From Lama glama (lineage: Eukaryota), in the NCBI GenBank assembly GCA_028534125.1, contig CM052848.1, positions 11,656,001 to 11,720,000 on the forward strand: 64,000 nt of DNA, given 5' to 3'. Under the pieces are notes generated by a model, which ran no database searches, was not told where the DNA came from, and saw only the letters and a list, made by a program, of their open reading frames with translations. Below are positions 50,898 through 63,739 of the stretch, piece after piece. Each line of letters opens with the position of its first letter. Position 1 is the stretch's first letter. Both the position numbers and the translations under genes were made by a program.

Positions 50898-51130
50898 CAT
50901 TAACCATTGCTCTGTTGGCGTCGGACACTGAGCAGAGCATCACCTGTGCTCCGAGTCACAACAACCCTATAAGGGAACAGTAACATTATCCCTGTTTTAG
51001 AAAAATAAAAACTGAGCTCTTGCATGAGAGGAAATCTAAATTTGCTCAAGTTTCTACATCTAGTGTGAAAGTTAGACATTCAAGAATAAGACACACACAT
51101 CTGATTGCAAATGGTACCCACTAGGCTATA
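50898..51130 (-). mobile_element. MIR SINE
   Basis: TCACAACAACCCTATAAG..CATTATCCCTGTTTTAGA..AAAACTGAG..TTTGCTCAAG. Confidence 0.72.
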
Positions 51131-53380
51131 TGTAAACCTTGGTTGGTGAAGGGTTTGTGGGGACACTTTTCCTGCTCCAAGGAGATTCCCTTGCCTCCCT
51201 TTACGGTTGTTGGTCTGGTCCCCACCTTTTCCTCTGTGCACCTTGCTTCTCATGCCCACACCAGGACCTCTCTACAGAGGACTGTCTTTGGGGTCTTGAT
51301 TGGCATCCCCTGACCAAAGCTGTGGTCCCAGCTCCCTTACCTCATTCAAGGCTCATTCATGCTCCAGAGCTCCCCGAGGGCTCAGGTCAGGGCTGCTCCT
51401 AACAAGGTTCCCCAACCTGGTTTCCTCCGGGGAGCCCCGTTCCATGCACCCTTTGCTCGCCACTCCTCACCTCCCACCTGCTTCCCTAAGATGAGCTTTC
51501 ATTTTCTCCCGGATGATCTGAAGATGTAGACTCCCATGGGAAACAGCACAGCCACATCCCAGCTTAGCTTTGTCTTCAGTTTTGCATCTTGCTCCTCGGC
51601 TGGATCCAGTGGAGCTTTTTGTACCATAAAAAGACCGTCTGTGAGGAACTGATACTCCTCCCGGAACATCAAACAAGGGGCGCTGTTTGAGCAAAAGTCT
51701 TCCCAGAAGCGATGGTTCCCTGTTACAGCCTTGTTCGGTGAGACGGTCAGTCCTTTGATTTTCTGTAATGATTCCCAGCACCAATGGCAGCTCTATTCAT
51801 ATTCACTGGAGATCTGTAAAGTCCACAGGTATTTCTCTTTCATATTTTGCTCAAGCTGGCCCTGCCCAGGGTAGGTTTCTGAAGCCCCAGCCTGGTGACC
51901 AGACGCCTGGCAATGTGTGTCTGTGTGCATCCATCCCCTGGGCTGCCACGGACTGAGGAAGCCTGACCGTGGCCCTTCTTGCTTCCCATGCTCAACAGTT
52001 CCCCGGCCTCTGTGGGAAGAACACGTTTCCTTGACTCAGTGAGTTTCGCTCCCTTCACCCCCATTGCTGTGCATCCACCTTCATCTCCCGCCATCTCTGC
52101 CTCGTGTTCAGTCTGCCTTCCTACGACTTTGCCCATCCTCGCTTCTGGCTGAACCCAGCCACAGCGATCATCACAGACGTGTACTAAGTCTTCTTCCAGG
52201 ATTCCATAGGAAATACATCTCCCCTCCTGACACGGTCAAGGCAGAAATCCTCGCATCTGACTCAGCCACATGGCCGAGCATCACTTAAAATTGTTAAGTC
52301 TGTTTCCCCAGTTGATGAGACCTGGGTGGATGTTGCCTTTTAAAAATGAGCATCTTTGGTCAGTGACCTCAGGACCCATTGCCTTGAAGCCAGACTTTCC
52401 CCGTCTAGGGAAGAAATGTGCCACTCCACCAGGAGAGGGAAACTCACCGGTTAGAATCTGCACGTTTGTCACCTGCACGGTGGTGTACAAATCAACACAG
52501 GTGCGCTGCTGCTGTCAGAGGGGAACTCACACAGTCGTTACCTGGTTCAGCCCCTTGCTTCACAGAGGAGGAGAGAGACTCAGGGAAGTGAAGAGAGCCC
52601 TGCAGCTCCCATGATCTCGTTGTAACATACATCGAATTGCGACACCGAGAAAAGAAACCTACAAACTGTGAAGAGCAGACTCCTTAGCTTTTCATCAAAT
52701 CTCTGCGGTGGTCATTCTGCACCAGGGGATCAGTACAGCTGTGGCAAAGGGCTCAACGGTCGGAGTTAGAAGCCGGAATGTCTCGCTGCCTGGTTGAGCT
52801 GTATGCCTGTGGGTCTCAAAAGACATTATTTCATCACGTCACATAGAGAAGCTCAAATTCAGTATCAGTTCCCCTGATTTCACCAATTTTATTAAAACTA
52901 CGAGAAAGAGGATTTACACCTAAGACCACTTTGTCATTCGATCAGTACTTCACGAAGATAGTATATGGAAAATTCAAGGCAAGCACTCAAATAATTTGAG
53001 TAAAAAACCATGAATATGTATATATATTCCTCCCCCCGCAAGGGAAGAACACAGCCACCTGCAAACAGGGTCCCTAAGTGTGTAATGGTTGAGCGGGAGG
53101 TGGTCGGTGAGCCGCAGAGCCAGGAGGGCTGAGAGGCGACAGGACATCGCTGGGTCAGTGTGATTAGATCTTCCCCCCAGAGGTCAGGGTTTCCCTGGTT
53201 GGGCCAGGTCAGAGACATTCTGCACACTCTAAAGCAGAGTCTTTGGCCCTGGTCATTCATAGTGAACAGTTATTACTGCAGAGATAACTTCTTTTGCTGT
53301 ATGACGAACTGGTAATATCTAGGAAATGTCTGACATTCTGCATCTAAGCAAAGACTCATAGATTCTAGGAGAGTGGAAGC

Positions 53381-53510
53381 CATTCAACATCCACTTGTTG
53401 GAAACCTTCTGGGTGGACACCATCCTGATGCTCAGACAAACTGGCTAGTAAGACACGAAAGATGATTTTCGCTGCCCAGGACCGCAGCCTCGTGGAGAGA
53501 CAGACTCCCA
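53381..53510 (-). mobile_element. L2 3' tail relic
   Basis: CATTCAACATCCACTTGTTG..AGACA..CTGCCCAGG..GGAGAGACAGAC resembles an antisense L2 3' end. Confidence 0.45.
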
Positions 53511-53942
53511 GACGACCCCCGTGTAACCGGGATCAGCAGGGGCAAAGGAAGAGAGTCAGGGTGGGAGTCTCTGCCACAGGGGACAGAGGCAGAGAGGCTG
53601 GAACAGGACACGTCCCCTCTGCCTAGGGAATCAGCCAGGCTCCAGCGAGCAGGCGTTCTAGCACATCTCCAGGCACCGTGGAGAAAGGGCTAATTCACAC
53701 GGAAGGTCACCCGAAGACCCAGAGGCAGAGACGTGAAGCAGCCAGTGCCGGTGCCCAGGCCGTGTGACAGTTTGCTTCTTTATGCTACGTGCAAAGCCGT
53801 GCACAACAAGAAAATGATTCCGTGCCGTGGGAGCATGATTTCTAGTCATCCTTGGCCTTATGAATGCAGATCTGTTTCTGTGCATTCTATTCAATTCCCT
53901 TATGCCACCGAATAAGGCAAGTTGATTTACTAAAGGGTAGAT

Positions 53943-54439
53943 TGTGAGTTTTAGACTCGTTAGCCTGTGGACTTTAAGGAAATTATTAAACATGCTAATG
54001 CTCAGACTTGCACCCTCTCAGCTGGGTAGGGAAATGGAAACGTGTATTTTCAACAAGGAAATAAAGGGAGAGTCTTCTTGTAGGCATCACTTCAAACGTG
54101 TCAAACAGAGAGCCACACATAGCTTCCCTTCCGAGGCTTCGGAGCTCACATGTCCTCAGCGAATACAAACGAGGGACAAAAACCCTTTTGTGTCAAGGCT
54201 CCACAAATGTGGAATCAGTTACCAGTCGATTTAAGAACAATTGGAAGCTTTTCCTGTTTTAAGATGGAACTGAGACAATACCTCGTGATGACTGGAAGTT
54301 GTCATAATTGTTTTAATTGGTGTTATTCTCGTGTTATCTCGGTTTATTGTGTATTTACACCACTTTGTCTTATCGCAGGTCATGCTTGAAAATGGGCTTC
54401 CAGCTCCCTTTACAGACGCACTTAACAAATCAATCAAGG
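53943..54439 (+). mobile_element. Ancient L2/Crack-clade LINE relic: ORF2 C-terminus and 3' tail
   Basis: Translates over frameshifts as CEF*TR*PVDFKEIIKHANA / IFNKEIKG..HHFKRV..THS..ELTCP / NTNEGQKPFCVKAPQMWNQLPVDLRTIGSFSCFKMELRQYL..SCH, matching the G.xF.V.A..xWNxLPxx(I/L)R..S..FK..L(K/R)xxL motif that ends CR1/L2-group ORF2; 3' tail CAGGTCATGCTTGAAAATGGGCTTCCAGCTC. Confidence 0.75.
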
Positions 54440-55964
54440 CGTGTATGTGAGTTTCCCAGCCCCGCTTGTTTACATCAGATGGGGCTGCCATATGTAAGCG
54501 CCTTACATCTCATGCCTACATGTTTACATCACACAGATAATCCATCTGAGACTGATTTCAACTCCACTTTTAAGTCCCGAGGACCAAATACGCATCTTGA
54601 AATACAAGCTGAAGTTGTTATTTTGCCACAGAAGAACAAAAAGGCCTAATTTTTTGTTGTCGTTGTTGGATTTTTTTACCTCTTTCTCATGGATCTATTT
54701 AAAGGAGTGTCCCTATGGCTCGTGACAAGAACTCACTGGAGGAGAAAGTGGCCAACAGAATGCCATAGCTCTCTAATTTCACACTCGGCATTTCCCCTCC
54801 CCCCCGCCACTCCCCCTACCAGCACGGAAAGCAAAAAGGTGGTGTAAACACAGCTACTGAGATGATCACTTGTGGAGAAACTCATTCCAACATCAAGCGT
54901 CGATGTCACGGCTGATGGAGAAATGGCACGTTCAATTTACACCCTATTTATAAATGATAAACATCTACACACACATTCCTAGCGATCTTCCATTTCCCTG
55001 GATCCAAAAGCCAGCAAACAAAACCAACAGACATGTAAGGAGAAACGAGGCAGACGGTGTGGCATTGTTTCATCGACTCCATTTACAAACTTACAAGCCG
55101 CAAACACACACCTGGGAAATGTGCATTTCTCTGAGCCTCATAACGTCGCTGGGTTAATTCAGACGTAACCACAGCCACGTGGCCCCTCCTGCTGCCAAAG
55201 CCCCACCTTGGCAGCTTCCTAGGGCTGCACACCTGGTAGGGAACAGAACTGGGGGGACAAAAGCAGACTTCAGAGACCCGATATCTTCTCACCGTAAACC
55301 ATTTCCCCTTCCAAAGTGGAAAGTAATCTCACATACAAGCAGCATTTGGACTTTGCAAGGAATAAAGGTTTGTGAAGAACAAAGTAACTCCTTTAAGGGA
55401 TGGACCTTTGAAGTTGGTTGGCTCTTGTGCATCACTAAGTAAATATCCAAATCTGACACTGCCCAGGGTAGTGGTTTGTAAGCAAATATTCTGAGGGAAG
55501 AGGAGGGGGTCGCAGTGTGCAAACAGTATGAAAAAACCTGAAGCAGCTATTAGGGTCCATTGTGTCATTCCAGCTGCTACACAGACATACTCGGTCCATG
55601 TGTCAAAAACGCTTACTGAGTTTTTCTCTTAGAGGAAAATACAGCTTAAGCACACAATAGCTTTTGTCTCTTTCAAAGCCTGGGCAGCACAGTGCTCTGC
55701 ACATCTGTGTTGAAGGTGCGCTGGGCTCTGCACCTAAGGGTCTCACCCACGTTCCTTTGCCTTGTCTCTAGTCTTTCCAGGCGCCACACGACCCACTGGA
55801 AAGCTCTGTGCTGAATCCCCCAGGGGACGCAGGGCAGACGAGGCCTCAGCGTCAAGGGCCTTGAGCTGGTGTGATCCAAATGTGTAAATCACAGCTGTCG
55901 GCACCAGTGAGGACGACCATCTTCAAACACGCAGGACAGGAGCCCAATGCATAGAGAGATGTGG

Positions 55965-56055
55965 AATTATCTTAAGACCAGGGAGGACCATAAAAACCAT
56001 ATGGGAAATTTGACTCATTCAATTGTAAAGATGGAAGAGACCGCAGGGACAGTAT
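55965..56055 (-). mobile_element. MIR3-like relic
   Basis: GGAGGACCATAAAAACCAT..TCAATTGTAAAGATGGAAGAGACCG; weak similarity. Confidence 0.4.
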
Positions 56056-56804
56056 GGTACATACAGCGAACGGGATGGACAGAGTTAGCTGAGTTATTTG
56101 TGGAAAATTGTGTAGATCACGGCCCAAGAGACAGTTCTGGGGCCCCTGTCCCCCGACAGCATGGCGGTCTCTGGGCCACCCTTCCATCACTCACATACAC
56201 CTCTACAGAAATAAAAAGACAAGGTCCTGAAAACAGTACATCAATTAAAGTATATGTTAACATGACTGCATACATTAAAACTCTCACGACGCATTAATCA
56301 GTGGAAAGACATATCAGTGATAACACGTTACGTGAGACTTCTTTTCATTCTAAGCTTAGCGCATAGTAACATCTCAAGACAGAAATGAAACAACCAAGCT
56401 ACTGCAAAAGGTGGTTTTTCAAGATTCCAGAATGACTCCCCCTTCCCTTTTTTTGAAACTAAAGTGGTTCAAATCACCTCACAATAGTATTTCTCATGAT
56501 AAGAGTTCTGTTCAAATATCAAAGCAGATCGAGGGTTGTCACCTAAAATTGAGTATTTCTGATCATCCATTTGCTAGAATTCTTTGAATCCAGGGACTCA
56601 ATCTTGTAGTGGAACCCAAGTGTAGCATCACAGATGAGAAGTGCCAGCTTCAAACATTTTAGTGTGAGAACGTATTGCTCGCAGAGAGGTGGGTACCAGC
56701 CAGGCCTGGCTCTACAGAGACTGAAGATGACGACATGTCTTCTGGAGTTTACAACAGATAACTGAGTAGTCTTGGGGAAAAATAGAATCAGCACTTGGTA
56801 AAAA

Positions 56805-57172
56805 TTTTTGTATATATATATTTTATCGAAGTATAATCAGTTTACAATGTTGTGTCAGTTTCTGGCACACAACATAATGCTTCAGTCATACATGAACATA
56901 TACTCATTTTCATGTTTTTTTCACTGTAAGTTACTAAAAGATATTGAATATAGTTCCCTGTGCTGTACAGTAGGAACTTGTTAGTCTGTTGTATACCTGC
57001 TCGTGTGTATCTGCAAATCTCGAACTCCCAATTTATCCCTTCCCACCCCCTTTCCCCCCCGGGTAAACATAAGGTTGTTTTCTAGGTCTGTGAATCTGTT
57101 TCTGTTTTGTAAATAAGTTCATTTGTCTCCTTTTTCTTTTTTTCTTTTTTTAGATTCCACATATAAGTGATT
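56805..57172 (-). mobile_element. Artiodactyl/camelid-type L1 3' end
   Basis: TTTATCGAAGTATAATCAGTTTACAATGTTGTGTC..GATATTGAATATAGTTCCCTGTGCTGTACAGTAG..TTAGATTCCACATATAAGTGA. Confidence 0.9.
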
Positions 57173-57496
57173 TTAAGGCAGGGAGAATGGTTTCACGAAA
57201 TGCAACTATTTTTACGCTGCATCAATGGCAGAGTGTTAGCAAACAATCATGATTTTCCTCTAAACAAATAACGCAAGAATCAGGTGAGTCTGAGAGTCTC
57301 AAGCTCTGTGCCGGAGACGCCCGATCTCTGAACAGCAAGATGAAGAGAAGAGCGAGCCGGAGGGAGGAGAAATGGCCCCACCGTGTTGCTCTCTCCCACC
57401 CAGACCTACGTAATAGACCGTTGTACTGCCCTCCACGATGGCATGCAGGACAGGATGGCTGCAGGTTGACTGGACTCAGCGGGGACTGGAGAAAAC

Positions 57497-57830
57497 AATT
57501 CATTTATTCACTTAATCAAAAATTGTCTGAACCCACCGGATGCAGACACATTGCTAAGAGCCAAGGATATAAAAATGCGTAAGATAGTCCATTCCTGGAA
57601 GCGGATTCCCGGCCTATGGAGAAGAGAACCAAGTACTTAAAGCGAATGACCACAAGGTGATGAGATTTTACCTCCAGGGGTCAGGGGCCCAAGGGAGCAT
57701 TACCACGATGTCCCCTGAACCTTCAAGGTGGCTGAGTAGGAGGAAGGCACTTCAGGCAGGGATCATCACAGGTAAAGCACAGAGGCACAGAAAATCCAGA
57801 CACATTCGATGGATTTAAAGTTGCTTAAAT
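57497..57830 (-). mobile_element. L2 relic (3' part)
   Basis: ATTCATTTATTCACTTAA..CACATTGCTAAGAGC..GGATATAAAAATG..GGCACTTCAGGCAGGG..AAAGCACAGAGGCA. Confidence 0.65.
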
Positions 57831-58209
57831 GTGAGAGTATGATTTTTTTCCACGCTTTTTTTTCTTTTTCAGTTTTATTAGGTAGAATGATTACAGTTGG
57901 ACGGCATGTGTACATTACATTACATGTAAGTACAAACACACAATATGCTGCACATTTTTTAAGTTTGCATATGTGTACTGACTATTGTTTCTAAGAACCG
58001 ATTAGAGCTTTAGTTTTTTCAACTTACATGATTATCAAAGGAATAAGCCAACCATAAAATAAGAATCAACAGAATGCAAGACTATGACTGGTTTTTATTT
58101 CAGTCTTTATGCTGTTAATATTTTCCAAGCACTATATGGAAAGCCTTGTTACTATCTGCGTAAACAAAAAGATGAAAAACAAAAGATGCTCAAAAAAAAA
58201 AAAACATAG

Positions 58210-58400
58210 AAGGAGTGACAAGAGCAAGACCCACACGGTCTGAGCATTTCTCTGCTGACAGGGTGGAGTCAATACGGGATTTTTAAACAGGGAACTTGGA
58301 TGGTGAGTGTGCAGTTGAGAAGGTGAACCTGGCCTCAGTGAAAACAGGAGGTAAGCAGTGGTTATAATTCCAAGAAGGCATAAAGGACTTGAAATTGGCT
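58210..58400 (-). mobile_element. L2 relic (continuation after a ~380-bp insertion)
   Basis: GGGATTTTTAAACAGGGAA..GAGAAGGTGAACCTGGC..ATAATTCCAAGAAG continues the antisense L2 pattern. Confidence 0.5.
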
Positions 58401-58607
58401 GATTTTATGAATCAGAAATTTAGACACACTCCATTTATTATTTTAATGCCCAAAGTCACTTCCATAAGACTACCTTAAAAAGTTTTAAAAATTCAAATAT
58501 CTGCTGATTTTGGTCTCAGAATTTCAAATCTTAGTTAGAATGCTGAATTATTTATTTTTAGTTTGGAGTAAATATTATCTAGTAAAATCTGATTCCAATT
58601 AATTCTT

Positions 58608-59074
58608 TTCTAAATTTTTTTAAAGTAGAATTGATTTACAATGCTGTCTCAGTTTCAGATGTACAGCAAAGCGACTCAGTTATACATACACATATATATT
58701 TTCTTTTCAGATTCTTTTCTATTACAGGTTATTACAAGACATTGAATATAGCTCCCTGTGCTGTACAGTAGGACCTTCTTGTTTATCTATTTTATATATA
58801 GTGGTCTGTGTCTGCTAATCCCAAAGTCCTAATTTATCCCTCCCCTCTCCTTTCCCCTTTGGTAACCATAAGTTTGTTTTCTATGTTCATGAGTCTATTT
58901 CCAGCTTGTAAATAAGATTTGTATCATTTTTTTTGGATTCCACACGTAAGTGATACCATATGATGTTTCTCTTTCTCTGTCTGATCTATTTCACTTACTA
59001 TGATCATCTCTAGACCCATCCATGTTGCTGCAAATGGCATCATTCCAGTCTTTTTCATGGCTGAGTAATATTCC
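58608..59074 (-). mobile_element. Artiodactyl-type L1 3' end, 5'-truncated, with TSD
   Basis: TTGATTTACAATG..GTACAGCAAAG..TCCCTGTGCTGTACAGTAGGACCTT..CCATCCATGTTGCTGCAAATGGCAT..GGCTGAGTAATATTCC; TSD ATTCCAATTAATTCTT (58592-58607) / ATTCCTATTTATTCTT (59070-59085). Confidence 0.92.
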
Positions 59075-60514
59075 TATTTATTCTTAAGGACTTGTTTCCT
59101 GTAAGAATATAAAATGCATTACTGACTAATGTATATTGAAAACATATTCAAAGCCAAGAAATACAACATTGGAGTGTCTCCAGTGTAGCTCCTGGATCGT
59201 GTTCATAGGAAAATGCCTCTCTACGTGGTAAACTTGTGTTCCCAGTTGGTGAGCCGATGCTGGCCATCTTCAGGGCCTAGGTGGTAGGTAATGTAGGCTC
59301 CATTTACTGGAAAATGCTGACATGACATGTGTAGAGTCAACAGCTATGCATGAATGAAAGCTTGTCTTTAAACAGTTCATTTAGAAATTCAGAATTATTT
59401 TGAAGTATGCTATTTTCACAAAGACATCTTGGTACGATCAACATAGTATAGTATTCAAGTACTTTGATTTCCTATAAATGACTCCAATTTACTTGGTTTT
59501 AATGAGCAGTTGGCAGTTGAAGGAGCTCAGGGTAAATATGAATGTGTGAACACCCTAGGAATCTCTCAAGTTCTTTCACTGCTTTTGTAATAAACGAGAT
59601 ATCACCTATTTTAAAAAGCCAAGATTATGGGAAGTTAAAGGAACATTTTGTAGCACCAGTGATTTCAAGAGAAGTTAAGTTTGTAATGGCAGCTAACCAG
59701 GGCTGCTGGTTTCTTGGATGGGACAGGTGAGCTGTTGCAGAAGTAATGTGCCTCCCTTCCAGTGGAAGGAACTTAATGAGTCATTATGGAGATGCTCATT
59801 ACTGGCTGTTTCCCTTAATGGCTCCATGAAAAGATGTATCAAGGGCGACAAACTTTGTGACCAATAGGAGACTGGAGAAATAATGAGGTAAAGTTGCCCA
59901 ATCTTTAGGCAGATAAAATTCCCATCAGCCACAGTAGGGGGTGAGTGTTGGGAGTTGTATGTTCCTTGATTCAGGTGCCAAGGGTTTTGTAAAGCCTGAT
60001 TGAAACCAGGAAATGACAGAGAGGAGTAGAGAGAGACAGAGAGGGAGAGCCTCCTGAGAATACAATTTTATTCCTTATAGAAAGCACGTTTCAGTGTTCT
60101 CGTCACACACTTGTTTAGACATTACTGAGTGTTATGTTTCTGTAAAACATTTCAAAGGTTGATGGAAGTTGTACATTTCCCGAATTAGGAAATAGTACTG
60201 TGCAATCTCTAATAACAGATGCCATCAATGTATTTTGACGCTCATTTAAGAATAGCATTCCTTTTCTTGATGCTATAAAGTAAAAATGTAGAGGGGAAAC
60301 CCTTAGACATACGTAACTGTCCCCAGTCACATAAGTACCAAAATCTATTGTTTAAGCAGAGGAAGAGGATTAAATGATGCACCAAGCTACATCTATCAGA
60401 GAGGGCTTGATTTTAAAATTCTCAGTCCATCCCACCTGATCACACTTTAAATTGGACCCCGGCCATCCCTAAGGAGGACGAGCCCGCACAAACCCTTGGA
60501 TACCCTCCCCAGCT

Positions 60515-60830
60515 TCTGCAGGTATAAACGCTCGTCCTGCTGTGTAACCTCGATCCGCCCTGCTGCAGCGTGAGCCCAGGACTTCTTGTTTTGCCCCCAC
60601 TGACTAATGAGAATAATTGGCCCGTCCTCTTTATAATATCCCTTGATGTGGGAGTGAAGTAGTGATTATGTCTCCCTCAGGTCTTCTTTTCAGCAGATTG
60701 AATGTGTCCAGTTCGCTTAACCTTTCCTCAAGGGTCACATCTTCTGCACCTTTTATCATTTCCAATGCTCCCTTCAGAGCTGCCTCTAATTCGCTCTGTC
60801 TGCGAAAGGCGGGATGCCCCAACCCAGGGT
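60515..60830 (-). mobile_element. CR1/L3 LINE ORF2 C-terminal relic
   Basis: ELEAALKGALEMIKGAEDVTLEERLSELDTFNLLKRRPEGDII / KGYYKEDG / QLFSLVSGGKTRSPGLTLQQGGSRL matches CR1 [68 protein letters not shown]. Confidence 0.88.
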
Positions 60831-61189
60831 CCGCATGGAACCCGTCCAGCTCAAGTCAAGTGAATAATTGCCCGGCTTGCTTTAAGCCGCGACACCTCCC
60901 CACGTGAAGCGCCACGTCTGACTTTCCTTGGCAGTTGCTCATATCTGCTGGTACTTGACTGTGTTCTCCAAACAGTTCACCTGGAGAGGGGGACTGGCTG
61001 CCTCTTTTCCTGATGAAACTTCAGTCTTCTAAGCAAGGATGTACTTGCTGGGATCTTTTCACTAACTGGACCTTTATTTTGAGAGCAAGTTTCCTCAAAT
61101 AGAGCTCTTATGTCGAGTACCAGACTTCTGTTTTCCAAATTATATATTAAAACAAAGTCATCTGATGGGACTTTTTTTAAAAAAAATAA

Positions 61190-61612
61190 TAAACTACATT
61201 TTTTAGAGTAGTTTTAGGTTCAGGGTGAAGTTGAATGGAAAGTACAGAGTCCCCACTGTGTCCTCACAGTCACAGTGACCCCCTCTATTGCCGTCCCCCA
61301 CCAGAGTGGGACATCCTTACAGTCCCTGAACTGACCCCAATACGTCATCACCCAAAGTCTGTGGTTTACATGAAGACTTACTTTGGGGTACATTCTGTGG
61401 GTTTTGATGAACATATGATGACAGGTGTCACCACTGTGGCATCACAGGGAACAGTGCCACTGCTCTAAAAATCCTGTGCTCTGTTTGTTGATCCCTCCCT
61501 CTCCTCTGACTCCTGGCAACCACTGATCAAAAATGAGTTTTACCTTTTCCAGAATGTTCTATAGTTGCAATGAAACAGTATGGAGAATTTTCAGATGATG
61601 TTTTTTGACTTC
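61190..61612 (-). mobile_element. L1MC1-like 3' UTR fragment
   Basis: TTTTAGAGTAGTTTTAGGTTCA..GAAAGTACAGAG..CCCCACCAGAGTGG..TCACCCAAAGTC..CCTGGCAACCACTGATC..CCTTTTCCAGAATGT. Confidence 0.85.
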
Positions 61613-62049
61613 TCAAAAAAAATAGAAAATAAAAAAGCCCTCAATAGGATTGTCAGTAGCTAGAGAAAGGGAAAGCAGGTTCAAATACAGAAAACTGCAG
61701 GTTTCTCCCCAGATCCCAGCCCTAATGGTTCTAACTGCACGTTTCTAGAGGGTTATCCTGCCTCAGTCTCTCCTTGTGTCAGGTCAGTGTGTACTCCCAA
61801 CATAATGTCCTTTCATTTCACGTTTAACAATTCCATTCCACAGTCTCAGAAAAGAAAAAGGCAGATCCTCCACCATCAACCTTAAAATTTTATAATCTTT
61901 CCATTTGATCAGCTTTCAGTAGTGGTACTTTCAAATTTTCAAACTAAGGAGCCAAAATATAGCTCAGCTTCCTTTTACATAAAATCAAATGTGAAATATC
62001 CTTTAAAGCTGCAGGGAATTACAACTGAAAAAAAAAAAGTTTAAGCCTT

Positions 62050-62199
62050 CCCACCTGAGGCCCAGACAGAGCAAGACAAGCTCCCCGCGAATCCACGCTG
62101 AATTCCTGACCCACAGGAACTCTGAGCATCACAGAACGGCTATTTTTAAGGATTGGGTTTTGGAATGATTTGCTTGGTACAGACGTGGATAACTGGGAA
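62050..62199 (+). mobile_element. MLT1-type (ERVL-MaLR) LTR 3' portion
   Basis: GAATTCCTGACCCACAG..TGAGC..TTTTAAG..GTTTTGG..TTTG..GATAACTG is the MLT1 LTR 3' end pattern. Confidence 0.7.
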
Positions 62200-63739
62200 A
62201 TTCCCCTGACAGCTTTGAAGGCTATCAATCTAGGCAAGATGAGGAGATGCTGAAATCAGGGTTTTGGAACAGCTGGCTAGCTGAGACCTCATTCTCGAGC
62301 AAGACAGTACCAACCACGAGGGCAGGACAACAGCGGTCCCAGCACACAGCTGTTTGACGCCCCCGGGTATCTGCCAATCTGCTCCGAAGACCTGAAATGA
62401 AACAAAAACCCCAAGCAAATCGCAGGACCCTGAAAGGAATATCCTTTCTCCTGGAATTGTCTGTTCCTTTCAACAGCCGGCACTCCAAGATAATTTAAGT
62501 ACACATCTCATTTTCGAAAGGCACGTCCTGCCGTGAGTTTAAATGTTAACGATTTGTTACAGCGTTTCTCACTCTTCAAAGACACATAGATTCAGACTAT
62601 CGTCAATAGATCACCATTATGGGTCTGTTTGTTTTTTTTGTTTTGTTTTGTTTTGTTTCTGGCAGAAATTGCTTCTGTTGACACAATGCAATTAGCAAGC
62701 AAACAAAGTACTGAGTTCACATCCAAGAGCAACCACACCGGTTCTGCCGCTGCCGGGCTCCACCCCTAAAAGCCCTTGATGGACTTCTCCCTGGTACCTG
62801 GGGAGGCAGGGTAAAAGCTGGCAAGTTGGGCGCTGAGGTGTTATTCATCAGAGAGTCATCTTTCTGCGTGTCCCCTCCTCCCTTCTGGAAACTGCTGCAA
62901 ACACAGGTAATCACCACTCCTCCGCAGAGATTCCGAGAGGGCTTCTGTTTCATTCTCTCGTCACATCAGATGATTCATCAGAAAAATGTCCTCTTCTCTT
63001 GCCATTCTTCAAAGATGAAAACACGATACAAAGCGAGGCCAGGTGTGAAAGGCACCTGTCCTTCCTTCTGTCTGGCTTGGGTGTAGGGAGGCTCTGGCTT
63101 CCTAAGCGATGGGACCCCTGTGCCCCTTCCCCTTCCTCTTTTCCTTTTTCAGACATTTACGTTCGGTGCATCAGTGCAACTGAGCGAAATGCCAGGCTAG
63201 CTCCCTGCTGTGCGCTGGGGGTCCACCCTCCACCCATCCCCTGGCCACGGAGATTCGAGCTATTTCATTTTGGAAATGACATTTCCTTACAGCTCTTCTG
63301 AGACAGCAATTTATGTCAATCATTCGAAAACTCTCTTTGCCAGTAACAATGGCAATGAACTTGAATTTCCTATTGACTCTGGGGTCAGAGGGCTAGCTTT
63401 CTGACTCCTCTGAGTGGTCCTTCCCACTACCACACAGAAAAGTTTACTTCCCAAGGAATCTTCCTCGTGATCTCAGACCTAATCTAATCTTCCCTTTTGA
63501 GTGTCAAAGAAAAGGGGAAAATTCTGTACAGTGTTTTACGCCAAGAAGCTTGGATCTTTTGACTCAATCCATCTTAGACTCCTGTGATCTTATCCCCAAA
63601 AAAACTCAGTATAATTCGGGGGGAGATAAAAGCTCTGGGCACCTGGATTTCACAGTCAGTACACTGTTGCCCCCCAGGAGCGGATCTGAGAATAAACCTA
63701 TCAGATGGCCTCACAGGTGCGAGTTCTGAAACTCACTGT

